From: a virus
Virus record (IMG/VR): IMGVR_UViG_3300030450_002056
Location: 1-64,000 of that record
Strand: one strand, 5' to 3'
DNA: 64,000 nt
Shown here: positions 63,970 through 64,000 of the stretch, one piece after another
How the letters are laid out: every line of letters starts with the position of its first letter
Position numbering within the stretch: the first letter of the stretch is position 1
The notes under the pieces: generated by a model
What the model saw: the letters and a program-made list of their open reading frames with translations, nothing else
Databases searched by the model: none
Told to the model about the DNA's origin: nothing
Translations under genes and position numbers: made by a program

Positions 63970-64000
63970 TAATAACATGGGGGTTATTATATGGTTAATA

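Noticed and set aside
1-64000. Alternative genetic code or diversity-generating retroelement
   Set aside because: Conserved genes are full length under the standard code, no suppressor tRNA is present, and no reverse transcriptase or TR/VR pair was seen.

Overview
This window is a 64-kb piece of an AT-rich tailed archaeal virus genome (Caudoviricetes, HK97-type head). Its gene set and GGTGA-type ribosome-binding sites best fit a magrovirus-like virus of Marine Group II Euryarchaeota (Poseidoniales); that assignment is inferred from gene content, not from a database search. The left arm (1-~32.1 kb, minus strand) holds a nearly complete archaeal-type replisome: AEP primase, Cas4-like nuclease, split PolB, PCNA, ATPase, RPA-like SSB, RFC, ligase and PC4. 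It also carries two histone-fold genes, TFB, class II RNR, many small accessory ORFs, three tRNAs with neighbouring structured non-coding elements, and a ubiquitin-like modifier (ends GG-Y) with an E1/ThiF enzyme and a JAB protease. The strand switch at ~32.3 kb carries two divergent paralogous genes, each enclosed by its own inverted repeat, and a repeated ACCATATGGT/RCTTTG/TATAACCCC motif. The right arm (plus strand) is the morphogenesis module: TerS-like, TerL, portal, a second ligase, prohead protease/scaffold and major capsid protein. About 15 unrelated proteins there share a terminal W-x-x-x-[LIV]-K tag. The window ends in an operon with an Arf-like small GTPase, membrane proteins and a low-complexity protein. 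The strongest candidates for undescribed systems are the viral Ubl conjugation system, the Arf-like GTPase membrane module and the putative capsid-cargo tag. All assignments come from motif recognition by eye.
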